DNA from: Piromyces finnis finn
Lineage: Eukaryota; Fungi; Neocallimastigomycota
Length of the DNA: 64,000 bases
Direction: 5' to 3'
Assembly: GCA_002104945.1 (NCBI GenBank)
Contig: MCFH01000081.1
Coordinates: 124,001-188,000 of the forward strand
The translations under genes were made by a program, and so were the position numbers. Positions 13,549-28,927 of the stretch are shown in pieces; position 1 is the stretch's first letter, and each line of letters begins with the position of its first letter. The notes beneath the pieces were generated by a model, which was given only the letters and a program-made list of their open reading frames with translations, searched no databases and had not been told where the DNA came from.

Positions 13549-15706
13549 TTAATAATTAATATGGCATTTGTTTTTATAATCATTAATTGTTGTTTTTAAA
13601 ACATCTTTGTATAATTGTTTAAATTGACTTAATAAACAAATGCTATGATATTTTGTTTTTGCCCTAGTTTGTAAATCCACAATTTCAATGGGAGAACAAC
13701 CTGGTATAACTACTTCTTGTTCATTTAATAATACTCTAATAACAAAAGTAGTGGATTTATTATTTGAATCAAAAAGTTTTTCTTTATCTTTAATTTTTTC
13801 TAGGATTTTTGTTACACCTTGGTTACCGAATGGATTATCAACATAGATCATATCTTTTTTAGGATTATAATCGATTATATATTTAGTCTCTATTTCATAT
13901 AATTCAAACCAGAAGTTTGAAGCAAATGGCGAAATTTCAGCAGACCTAAATTTATAATTGCTATTTGGTGGCGAATCTTTTAATGTCAAATGTTTTTTAT
14001 CCTTATATAACCCCTTAAAAAATTAAATTTAAATTAAAAATAAAAAATTAAAATTAATCAAATCTGTCAATTTATAATAAATGAATCTATTAATTATCAA
14101 TAAATACTATATTATTATATTTTATTTTATATATTATATGGGAATAAAAATAACTTACTAGTAATGTTACAAGAGGAAAAATAGTTTCTGCATGTGCAAA
14201 TCTTAGTACAATATTTGTATTAAATTTATTTTCTTTTATTAATGGAATCTTTTGCTTTAATAATTCCCTATCTATATCATTAACGATTTCCTTTAGTAAT
14301 GGTGTTGCTAACCATTTATTTACGCCATTATAATATCCTTTAATATGATAATTTTTATAATCTTCATAAAAGCCATAATCTTCGAAAGAAGTTTTCTGAT
14401 TGAATAAATAAAAAAAAAAAAGATAATATTAATTACTGCTAATTGTAGATCTAACATTTATTATTAACTTATTATTATTACTTACATCAATTAAATTACA
14501 AAATTTATTTCTTGTATTATTTAAAGCAACCTCAAATATACATATACTCATAATACTCTCACTTACAATATTTGGAATATTTTTTAAATTTAAAAAATTT
14601 TCCACATTATTAGTAACATCTTGAATATATTTATTTTCTAATATTTTTATATTATCTTTTATTTCATTTCTATCTTCTCCATTGACCTCTTCGTTAAATA
14701 ATGGGCATGCAATATGTGGTGATAAAATAATATCCTCACTACGGTTTTTATATATGTTGATATATTTTAATAAATCACCCTTTTGGAAAAAATTGTAATC
14801 ATTTTTATAATTTTTTAAATCAGATTCTAATTGTATTTTAATTTTACTTTCACTAAATTCCATATTTCTTTTATGAATAGTTAATAATTCTCCGTTATCT
14901 TGTTCAGTTATTTTATTTTTATTGGGTATAAAATTCCTTCTATCTAATAACAATGTTTCCATCTCAGCTTGTTCAGTTGCTTCTATATTTTGATTTTCTT
15001 TTTTATCATTAACAGTTGCATTATTATTTTTAACCTCTACCTCTTTGATTTCATCTAAATGAGTTTTAAATGCAGAAATAAATGCAGCTGCACTATCAAC
15101 CACTCTTGTAACATTAGTAGAGTAAATATGTATTTTTGATAAATCATCTATAGTATTTGTTATATTTCTATATCTATGAATAGCACGTATTGCTAAATTT
15201 TGCATATCTTTAATACCTTGAATGTTAAGTAAGCCATATTCTGTAACATTATAGGGGTTTTCAAAAAACAATAAAAATGGAAAATGTTTTGGTAGAGAAC
15301 CTATATTAGAAAATAAATATTCTTGTAGGTATTCAATTTTTTCATTATAATTTTTTGTTCCTGTTGGGTATCTTGTTCCATGTCGACATACCTTTATATA
15401 AATATGAATAAAATAATCTTAATTTACAACAAAAATTTATTTTATAACTAGCTTTATAATTTATCCTATACTTACTAATTGAACTTGTCGAAGTTGAAAT
15501 TTCGAATCAATATTTAAATTTTCTCCTGAAATTTCAGATTTAATAGGATATCTACTTTTTGTACCGAAATATTTATCAATACTATCGTCATTGTATAAGA
15601 TTTCAAAATTTTTTACTGAAACATTATTATATATTATGTGGATAGTGGTTAATGTTGATACTATTATAAATATTATTAATAATTGTCTTTTAGTCCTTCT
15701 TAACAT
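13549..15706 (-). CDS. Histidine acid phosphatase, MINPP1/phytase-type (multiple inositol polyphosphate phosphatase), 4 exons
   Basis: Exon starting near 15390 reads VCRHGTRYPT (RHGxRxP motif). Exon at about 14400-14160 ends LRFAHAETIFPLVTLL (the HAE proton-donor motif of MINPP1). The last exon has AEISPFASNFWFELY. There is an N-terminal hydrophobic signal/anchor. Confidence 0.88.
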
Positions 15707-16360
15707 TTAATAGCAATATATTAATAAAAACTGAATTAAGTATATTTATATTTTTTTTTCTTTTTCTTTGTTTTTATTATATTTTATTTTAAAATGTTAT
15801 TAAAATTATTTTTATTATTTATTTATAGATATGTATTTTCTTTTTTATTGTTTTCTATTTATTTTTCATAATTTTTTTCTTTTAGTCTTTGTTTACATTT
15901 ATTTTTATTGTTTTTGAATTATAATTATATTTGACTATTAGTCTTTTTATTGTTATTATTATTGTAATTTAAATTTGATATACTTTTTAATATTTTGCAT
16001 AATTAATTATATTAGATTTTAAAAGGTTTTTTATCTTATGGGAATTTCGTTTATATATATATATATATATATTTTTTTTTTTATTATTATTATAAATTTT
16101 CATACTTTTATATTCATAATAATAAAATTTCAATATTTAATAAATAAATGAAATATTTTTTTTAAAGTATCATTAAATTAATTTTTGATTGTATTTACAT
16201 TTTATGTATTATATATTCAATTAAAATTTTAAAATTTTAATTTATACACAAAAATATTGGAAATAAACTTTAAATAATAATGTTTAAAATAAGAACTTTA
16301 ATTAATAGTAAAATTTATGGAGATTAATTGGTATAGAGACAAAATAAAAATTTATATTTT

Positions 16361-16379
16361 ATTATTATTATTATTATTA

Positions 16380-16431
<52 letters not shown>

Positions 16432-16433
16432 TA

Positions 16434-16520
<87 letters not shown>
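16361..16520. repeat. (ATT)n microsatellite, about 160 bp
   Basis: Direct reading; nearly pure ATT run with one interruption. Confidence 0.95.
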
Positions 16521-16631
16521 TTCTCAATAAAAACAATACAATTTATTTTAAAATATTTCTAATTTATATATAATAGACGACTTATAAATAATATTTCCTT
16601 TTACTTTCCCGGTTTATATTATATTTGCACT

Positions 16632-16997
16632 TCATTTTAATTGAAAATCGGATAGTAATATATTTTTTAATTTTGAAAAATCGATGTAATTATTACCAAC
16701 AAATGTTTCTTGAATTATCTCAAAGAGATTATTTAATAGAATAATTAAATCGTTATTTTTATATATACATTTATCATTGATAATATTAATAAAAATCAAT
16801 TTAATTATTCTTAAAATTCTTTTTTCCTGAATTTTTATAAAATCATCCATTGTGGGAATTTTATTCACTTCTAACGATAGTTTATGATCGACATCTCCAG
16901 ATATTTTATCTATATCAAAATCATTATTTAAATATATATCATCATTTTTAATAATACCATTATTAATATTATCATATTCATTATCTTTTATATTAGA

Positions 16998-17029
<32 letters not shown>

Positions 17030-18987
17030 GGTGGTGATGATGATGATGATGTCTTTTTTTATTATATACTTTATGATAATAATCTAATAAAAATTCATTA
17101 ACCCTGTTTCTAAAAAGGTATGTTGGTCGTACTTTCCATTCATATGGATCATTACATTTTCGTTTATAGTTTTCATCAACGTTAATAAAATATTCATGCA
17201 CTGTAGATGTATAATTATTGTAATGTGGAATATTTTTGTTTCTTTTTTCTATTCTATCGTTCATTGCTAAAAAACTAAGAAAATGATTTTCATTCATAAA
17301 ATTATCTTTATTTTTAATATTACTCATAACTGAATGTAGTAATGTATTTGTATAATTTTTACGATTTAATAAATAGTATAAATAAGCTTCATCATCATAT
17401 TTTAATTTTTTTTCATTAAAATGAATAGGTTTGATTGATTCATTGTTAGAATAAGTTAGCTCTTCGATATCTTCAAAATATTCATTTTTTTCGTTTTCGG
17501 TATATAGATTACTTTGTTCTTCATTATCAATACTAGCATTCACTTCTATATTTATAATTTCATTATTATTATCATCGCCAATATTTCCAATATTAGTATC
17601 ATCAATATTTATATTATTAATATTGGTATTATCATTATTGAAATTATCATTTTGTTGATTTATTCTTTCATTAAATTTATTTAAAACTTCATCTATATTC
17701 ACATATTTATTTATATATTCTTTCAATTCTTCTATTGTATAAAATTGTTCCTACAAAAATGGAAAGGAAGTTTATAAAAATTAATTTAATATATATTAAA
17801 GTTTCAATATAATATTTACATTTAATTATATAATACGATAATACAAATACTTTTGAATTATATCCATGGTTATGTTCATCAAAGGATATATTTTCTTTAT
17901 GGTCTATATTTCCATTTCCTGATAAAGGTAGTTTTTCATTGGAAAGTTTGTCATGATCCGGAATATTAGAACGGACAATATTTAATTTTGAATTTATTGG
18001 TTTCCTTTGATCTAAAGTATTGGAATGAACACTTAACATACTATTTAATTTGGAATTAACTGATTTCATTTGATCTGAGTTATTTGAATTAACACTTAAC
18101 ATACTATTTAATCTTGAATTGGCTGGTTTCTTTTGACCTAAAACATTGGAATGAACACTTAACATACTATCTAATTTTGTGTTATTTAATTTCTTCTGAT
18201 CTATAGCATTGGAATGAACACTTAACATACTATTTAGTTTAGAATTGACTGATTTCATTTGATCTGAGTTATTTGAATTAACACTTAACATACTATTTAA
18301 TCTTGAATTGGCTGGTTTTTTTTGATCTAAAACATTGGAATGAACACTTAACATACTATCTAATTTTGTGTTATTTAATTTCTTCTGATCTATAGCATTG
18401 GAATAAACACTTAACATACTATTTAATTTGGAATTGACTGATTTCATTTGATCTGATTTATTTGAATTAACACTTAACATACTATTTAGTTTAGAATTGA
18501 CTGATTTCATTTGATCTGAAGTATTTGAATGAACACTCAATGTACTATTTAGTTTGGAACTAGTTGGTCTTTTTTGATATGACATTCCTGAATTCATACT
18601 TAATTCTGAATTTGATTTGTAATTAGAATTTTCTTTTTGAATATCCTTATAAGTATCGTATTCTAAATTTATTTCATCAATGTTATCTCTTTTTTGTAAA
18701 TTTAATACACTTTTTTTGTCATTTAGTTGATATTTATAATTATGGATTGGTTTTTCCTTTTTTTCTTCAATTATATATATACCACTTTCTAAATATTCAC
18801 TTTCATTTATATCGAATTTTCTTTTTCTTTGGTTTAATTGATTATTTTCTATAGATAAATATTTAAATATTTCATAATCACCATTCAATGGTATGTTTAT
18901 TATTTTATAAATAGTTTTAATTGATAAATTATTTGATCGAAAAGGACCATATGTGTTTGATTTAAATTTTATTATTATATATTTCAT
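16632..18987 (-). CDS. Uncharacterised protein with 9x21-aa internal repeat and 18-His tract (2 exons, intron about 17850-17751)
   Basis: Two long ORFs (426 and 364 aa) join in frame via GT at 17850 and AG at 17751 (HGYNSK-EQFYTIEEL). No family recognised. Confidence 0.75.
17989..18555 (-). repeat. Coding tandem repeat, 9 units of 63 bp with 189-bp higher-order period
   Basis: Consensus unit KLNSMLSVHSNxxDQxKxxNS. The variant types recur every third unit. Confidence 0.95.
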
Positions 18988-19274
18988 ATTATTATTACAA
19001 AATATTCTTCCATATGTATATATTATATAAATATTATATATATTTACTTCAATACTTTCACTCGGGGAAAAAAAACATCAAACTATAATTATCTTTTTTA
19101 TAATTAAATTTTAAAAGATCAATTATCTAAATTTTAATTTATTTTAAGAATTTAAAATCCAATAAAATTTTTAAATTTTTATTTTACATTATGTATTTAT
19201 GTAATATTAGTTTATAAAAGATTCAACTTTTATTTTTTCCAGTTTATATATATAAAAGTATAATAGTATAAAAA

Positions 19275-19979
19275 ATGGTATGTAAATATAAATATTTTTA
19301 TTATAGTTTAATGAGAAGTAAAAATAGGACCAGAATAAACTAATAATAACAAAAAACTTTTTCTATTATCAAATTTTAAAATAAATTAATAAAAGACATT
19401 AGACTTAATAATATATATAATTAAATATTGATTCATTTAAAATGAATCAATTATATTAAATTAATGTTATTATGATTATTAAAAAAAAAAAAAAAAAAAA
19501 AAAAAGAATAAAAGTGGTTTTAGTTATAATTCGTTTTAAGTATTTAAAATAGTTATTAATTAACTGTTTTTATTTTTCATCTTTTAATCTTTTTAATTGC
19601 ATAGCTTTTTTATTCCTTTTTCAATACTCTAATTGGTCATTCTGTAACTGTTGAATTAAAAAACGATCTAACAATCACAGGAAAACTCGTTTCTGTAGAT
19701 CAATTTTTAAACATTAAATTAAATGATATCAGTGTATTAGATCACCAAAAATACCCACATATGGTATAATAAAATTAATACTTTAAATTCTAATAATAAT
19801 AATAGTAATATAAATTCAATTAATTAATGTAAAAATCATTATCATTAATCAAATAGGATTCAGTAAAAAGTTGTTTTATTCGTGGTTCAGTAGTTCGTTA
19901 TGTTAGTTTATCAAAAGATTTAGTAGATACTGCATTACTTCAAGATGCAACTAGAAGAGAAGCACAACAACCAAAATAA
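19275..19979 (+). CDS. LSM2: U6 snRNA-associated Sm-like protein LSm2, 3 exons (19275-19277, 19605-19763, 19857-19979)
   Basis: M|LFYSFFNTLIGHSVTVELKNDLTITGKLVSVDQFLNIKL...KYPHM|DSVKSCFIRGSVVRYV...DTALLQDATRREA. The ATG is directly followed by a GTATGT donor; its assignment as the first exon is inferred. Confidence 0.95.
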
Positions 19980-20274
19980 AAATAAATGGATTATTAATCA
20001 AAATCATAATTTATAATATTTTTTGTAAAGAAATCAAATACTAATTAATTTAATATGTCAAAAAAAAAAAAAAAAAAAAAAAAGTACAAATTTGCATTCA
20101 TTACAATAATAACTTATTTTTAAATTTTTTTTAAAAAATGTTTCTAAAAAATACACATTAAGAAATAGTGTATAAATAAAATGATAACAATCATTCTTTA
20201 AATATATATGTTTATAATTAATATACATAAATTACTTTATTTATAAATAAAAAATTAAATACAAAAAAATGTCA

Positions 20275-22330
<2,056 letters not shown>

Positions 22331-22828
22331 TATATATACTTAAAAAAATAATGGGTGAGTTGATTTTTCAATTCTTGTTACTTTAATTACACTTGTAACA
22401 AAAAAAAAGTTTTAATTTTTAAATTTATAATTTTCAAAAATTTTGTTTTTATTAAATAATGTTGAACATTCTGTGTTTAAAATTATTTAGATTTAGTGTA
22501 ACTATTTTAAATATTAAATTGAAAAAAAAAAAATCAAATTCACGTATAAACGTACAATTAATGATATTTATGTACATATATCTAAATTTAATTACTTTAA
22601 AAATATCATTTAACTATTAAATAAATATACTTTATTAAAAATGGTTAAAAATAGATTAGTATGTAAAATAAGAAAACCAAATGAATATATGTTCATTTAT
22701 TATAAAAAAGGAAAATGAAATTAAAATAATATTTTATTTATAATATTTTCATTTTAATTCTATTTTTTTTTTTTTTTTTTTTTTTTTTTACTGAAAATTT
22801 AATACTATATAACTAATACCATTATACC

Positions 22829-25507
22829 ATGTCGGAGACATCTATTAAAAATCCAACATTAATTCAAAATAATTCCAACAATGTTTCTTTTAAAAATAAT
22901 ATTCAGGAATCATCAACTAATAATAATTCACCATTAGTATCTAGTAATAATAATAATAATAATAATTCGAATAATAATGGACCGAAGCATCATTTTAGAC
23001 ATCATAATATAATTAGTCATAATCAGTTTATAAAACAAGATGTTAAAGAAGTTTCATTATTAGATTCATTAAAATCTAGTATTGTTGATGATAGTCCAAT
23101 TAGAAAAAGTAATTATGTTCCTGAAAAAGTTTACGTTAGAACTGATCTATGTTTATTAACTGGAGATCAACAAGAAATTTTAAAAGAGAAAGAAAGAAGA
23201 AAAAAGGTATATTATATTTATCTAGTGTCGAATTAATTTTTTTTCAATGTTAATAATTTAAATCATTACATGAAACAGAATATAATGGAATGTGGTTTTT
23301 CATCAGTATTTAAAGAACCTTATAAACCTTTAGGTATAAACTATATAAAAAAAATTATTTTATAAATTTATCATATTTTAATGTCTGAAAAAAATATTAT
23401 AGGTGTTCCTATAATTGATACTAATGCATTAATTATTGATTGCTTGAAAATAAACCCATCTTCTTTTCAAAAGTATACATTTATAATAAAAGTTTATATT
23501 AACCTAAATAATAATTAAAATTTACTAAAATTATTTTTTATTATAGATCAACCCATAATAAAATTTCAAAAATGAACAATTTAAAGCATGAATTAAATCA
23601 TGTCAATAGAAAAATTCCAGTTTGTATGAATTATTTATAAATTAAAACAAATATATGAGTAATATAGAACTTATTGATATTAATGAAATTATAATATACA
23701 AAATGAAGTGGAACTAACGGGAAGACAAACTGGATATAAATTATTAAAATCAGCTTTAAAAGAATCTACAACAAGAATGCACTCGGTTAAAGTAAATTAA
23801 CTTATAAAAATCAGTTAATATATAAATATTATATTTTATTAATTCTAGAATTTTATTTTCTTTTTTTTATACATATAAATCAAAAGTATGGAGTTCCATT
23901 TTTTGAAACAATGAAAAACCAAGATAAATATAATTATTACAAAGAATCTGATAAAAATGATCGTGACTTAAATAGTAATATTAATTTTAGAATTCTAATA
24001 AAATTAATAAAATATTCTAGAATTTAATACTAATTAAATTTAAATGTATATTATAGCTATTGATTATAAACATCTTGTGTTTGATACAGACAAACAGAAT
24101 TACTTTACGCATTTAGTAAATATAAGAAAAAAAGGTAATTAAGTAAACAAATAATTATAATGTTAATATAAAATAGATACTTATTGATTAAAATAAATTA
24201 AAAATAGAATTATACAACGAATCTTTACAATCATATAGTGAAAAACTAAAAAATAATAACGAAAAAAAGAAAAAGTCTAAAAAAGAGGATAATGGTACCG
24301 AAGAAATAATTAAAAAAAAATTTAAAAAACTTAAAAATTATACTTTATTAATGTATATTAAAATTTTATCAATATAACATATAAAAGATGAACTTAATTT
24401 AAAAAATATTCATTTGAAAAAATTAGAAGAATCACTGCAATTTAAACAAAATCCAAATATTAATCCTATTGGAAAGGTAAGTAATTAATAGTAAGATTAT
24501 AAAATAATATATTACAAGATATTAAATTAGCAAAATATAAAATTTATTATATACATATATGTTTAAATAGTTTTATGAAACAAGAGATGGTTATTATGAA
24601 CAACGTCAACGATTAAATAATATACTAGAAGAGGATCTAAACAGGTATTTCTATAAAAATAATATTATATTAAAGAAAAAATATACGAAATATATATAAC
24701 AATTAATAATTATATTATTATAAATATATATAGATTAGAATTTAATAGAAGTAAAATATTTAGAAAGAAATTTTGCGCTCTTACAATTAGCAAAGTAAAT
24801 ATATAAATAATTTTTTTTTAAAAAAATTAATAATAATATCGTTATAATATTCATTTAATTAAAATTTATACATAATGATAATAAAATAAAGAATAATGGA
24901 TTTGCTGATGATGATCTTAAACGTATGAGAAGTATCGTTAATAAAGAATTACGAATCGAGCGTGAAAAAGTTATTAATAGACATCCATGGTATAATGATA
25001 TGGTTAATAAAATGATATATACAACTGGAACAGCAAGGCAGTTGACTGAAACAGAAAATATTTTATTTAAACAAATAAAAAAGTATAAAGTTTTAACAAA
25101 ATAATTTTAATTATATTGCAATTAAAATACATTTATTAATATTAAAAAATTCTTTTTATTTAATAAGCATAATAGAAGATGGTATTCCATTCTCAAGACT
25201 TACATATATAAATATATTGAAGATTATACCCCCATCAGAATTTATGACTGAGAATATTCAAAGAATGCTTCGTTTTATTAAGCAGCATGAACCAATTGCA
25301 GAAAGAGATTATATGGAAGCTGTAGAAGCTTCAGGGCATTCAATGAAAATTAATAATCCAAATGATGATGATAATGAAGATAATGAAAATAATAGTAGTG
25401 AAAATGGCAATGATGAAGAAAATGAAAATAATAATAGAAACAATAATAATGATGATAATAATATTAATAATGAAAATTTAAATATAGTCAAAGAACCTTC
25501 TGAATAA
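22829..25507 (+). CDS. Uncharacterised multi-exon (more than 10 exons) protein
   Basis: A chain of short GT-AG-bounded exons is open in frame, e.g. NIMECGFSSVFKEPY, REKVINRHPWYNDMV, IIPPSEFMTENIQRMLRFIKQHE. No family recognised. Confidence 0.6.
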
Positions 25508-25810
25508 TTGAATCTTTATTTTTATATAATTTATTTTTAATAACTAATGAATAAATAATTTTCAATCCAAATATAAATTATTAATATTATCATACATTTT
25601 TACATTTTAATGATAATGATTAATTAATATTTTCTTTCTATAGTAATTGTAATTAGTATATTCATCAATTAAGATATATATCTATTGTTTAATAATACAC
25701 TACTCTTTTTTTTATATCACTATACCAATAAATTATTAATAATAAAATTAAAATTGAAAAAACTAATATTTAATATTTTAAATTAGTAATATAGTGATTT
25801 TAATATACAT

Positions 25811-26036
25811 TTATGAAACTTCAACAATAACTTCATTTGAACTTTCTGCATTTAAGTTTTGTTGTTTTTGTGCAATTCTTATTGATTTTTTGTATCCCTC
25901 AATATCAAATATGAATGGTTCCTGACCAAAATTAACCTTCATTTCAGAACCTGTATATAAGCCAATACATACAAAAATTGGTTGATCTGGAATTGCTATG
26001 CCAGTCATACCTTAATTATCATTAATAATAATAATG

Positions 26037-26084
<48 letters not shown>

Positions 26085-28528
26085 TATAAATATATTATAA
26101 ATATATTAATTTTTATAACAAACAATTAATATAATTAAATGTTAAAAATTATAAAATGATTTGGGATAATATAATAATAATAATACCTAAATTCTTTCCA
26201 TTTTTAGTATAAAATACTTTTTTATCTATAAAATTGATACAACATCCAACAACATCTCCAACTTCATAAGAGGGACCATAATGAGTCCAATTTCCATGTT
26301 CATAATGATCACCAGTATAATTACAATAGCCACTACTATTCTTAGAATAACCTTTTAAATAATAATATTTTTAAAATGTATCAAAATTATAACAATACAA
26401 TAATAATAAAAATAATAATATCAATAAAATAAGTATATATTCCTTTTTACATAATATATTTATATTATATTTAACCTGGTCTATTTGATAATTCCATATG
26501 TCTTGTACAATATCCAATAGCACCAAAATTAGGCCTAATAATATATAAATTAGACATTAAATTCATTCAATTAATAAAAATATATTGAATATTACCATTC
26601 AGATCTTCTAAACATAATTTTAACTTCGTAATAATAAACTTGATGTCTATTAGGTATAGGCATATTTGATCTTACAGATGCCCAACATTCATTATCAATT
26701 AAACCTTTTTATTTAAATAAAGTTTTATAAAAAGATATTTCAATATTATTATTATCGTTATTATTGTTTTCTTTTGTTATATATTATATTTATATTATTT
26801 TATATTAATACCGATATGCTTAGCATAAGTATTATTTTCATGTAACTCTAATTGAACTGCTTTATCATTTGGATCTAAACTTAATGTTGTCAAAACTATT
26901 ATATATAATAATATATTGTTATTGTTATTATTTTATTAACTTATATATAATTAAATAAAGATTCAAAAAAATAATTGCTCTACCATAATATTTATGTTTT
27001 AGCAAATTAATGGTTTCTATTTTTTTTATATATATGCACATATATAATTAATAATTGATTAATTAACATTTCGGTTTTATAATAAACACATATAGTTCTT
27101 TTCTTATTACCTTCAAGTTTTTCGATTTTTTGAAGTTGCTCCTTACTTTTTACTAAAATAAAAACAATAAATATTATCTATTTAATAAAAAATATCTTAT
27201 ATTTTATTTTAAATTAAAATTTATTTTAGGTTTACTTTCTAATTCTTTTATTTCTTTTTTATGATTTAATTCAATATATTTATGTTTTTTAATAACCCAA
27301 TCCAAGCTTTTTTCGTTAAATTCGCATTTCCAAATATGGTTCTTTAAAATATAAAAAGTATAGTAATAATTATTATATATCATTTCTCTTTAATTTATTA
27401 TTGTTTTATTTTAGTGTCATTTATTAAAATTCTATATATGATATTTACTTTATATTCATTTAATGATATATGCGTTAAAGGACAACCTTTATAAACATTA
27501 ATACATGAAATATACTTCATTTGATCTTTATTTTTATCAATTAGATTTCCTATTGATTTAAGTTCATTTCCTTCGGATATTGATGATGCCGAATTATTAA
27601 CTGATAAATCATTTAAATTCCCAATTGAAGTTAATGATACAATACTTTGTCTTTTTTTAAAAACACTTTCACATTTTTTTTCATGATTACTTCGTTGACT
27701 TGCTCTCAATGCATATTTACAATAATTACAAATATATATACTTTCACATTCCATTAAATGTTTTCTTAATTTATTTCTTGGACCATACCAATAACATATC
27801 TCACTTACTGAAGAATCATCAGAATCATTTTCATAATTATTTAAACTTAAATTTGATTGAATATTATTTTTATTATTAGGACTTTTACTGTTTTCATTTC
27901 CTAAACAAAATACTTCTAATGTATCAACAATTTTTGAAATATTTTCATCAAAAGGAAGAATAATTCTTATTGGATGTTCATTATTTCCTTGATTAAAATC
28001 ATCAATTTCTGTTTTTAATTGTGTTATTTGACCACACTTTGGACAAGTTATATTAATATATTCTTGAATTTGACCTATTGAATCCAAAGACTGAATTGAT
28101 ATTGTCAATTGGTCTTGAACTGAATACATTATACTATGTCTTCTACTATTGGTTATATTATCGTTATTTATTTTTTCATTGTCAATGTCCTTATCCTTCT
28201 CATTTATAAAACAATTCTTATTTTCATTTATATTAAGATTTGACGAAATATTATGTTCATCATCACCATCCTGCTTTTTTTTTATTTCGTTTATGTTTAT
28301 TGAATAGTCTTCTGGATTTTGAAGGTATTGTCTTTTGAGTTCATGAATAATATGATCTTTACAAAAAATATGTTCACAACTTAATCTTACAACAGAAGGT
28401 GCCGGTACTTTATTACATAAAGCGCACTTAAATATTGATATTATAGGGTTTTCTTTATATACAAGTTGATCATAGTATATTCTAGGTACTTCTTCATTTT
28501 TTAATTTAAAAGTTGAACCTGTCGCCAT
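25811..28528 (-). CDS. RING - TRAF-type zinc fingers - coiled coil - SPRY(B30.2) protein, probable E3 ligase, 8 exons
   Basis: Exons 28528-27449, 27341-27236, 27152-27111, 26895-26812, 26704-26596 and 26534 onward all join in phase. The first junction completes a zinc finger (CINVYKGCP...EYK|NHIWKC). SPRY: ASVRSNMPIP...YYYEVKI...YGPSYEVGDVVGC...VFYTKNGKNLG...MKVNFGQEPFIFDIE. Confidence 0.82.
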
Positions 28529-28927
28529 TTAATATCTTTACAGATTTAAATAAAAAATGTTTGGGAAAGAAAGAAAAAAAAAATGTATTGAAAAATGTTT
28601 ATTATTTAACTGAAAATAATTCAAAGTTTATAAATTTTAAATTTTTCAAATATATATATAAATTGTATAAATGTAATAAATTTATACAATTTATATTAAA
28701 TCAAATTATAATTATTATTATTATTATTTTAAATATAACTTTATATTATTAAAACTTTTTTCCTCAAAAATGATTTTATTACATCAAATTTAATTTGTAT
28801 TTCTTAATTTTTTTATTATTTCAAATAATAGCAATAAAATATTAATATATAAAAAGAAATATAGTGATATTAAATACAAATAAATATATATAATATAAAT
28901 TCATTTAATTAATTTCCAATAAAAAAA

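Noticed and set aside
17989-18555. 63-bp repeat array as a CRISPR array or satellite
   Set aside because: The units are contiguous with no unique spacers, lie in frame within a eukaryotic exon, and no cas genes are present.
19278-19604. Intronic snoRNA in the long LSM2 intron
   Set aside because: No paired C/D or H/ACA boxes with terminal stems were seen.
25811-27152. Stand-alone SPRY (RanBP9/Ssh4-like) gene
   Set aside because: It has no start codon of its own, and its exons join in phase to the upstream RING-TRAF ORF.
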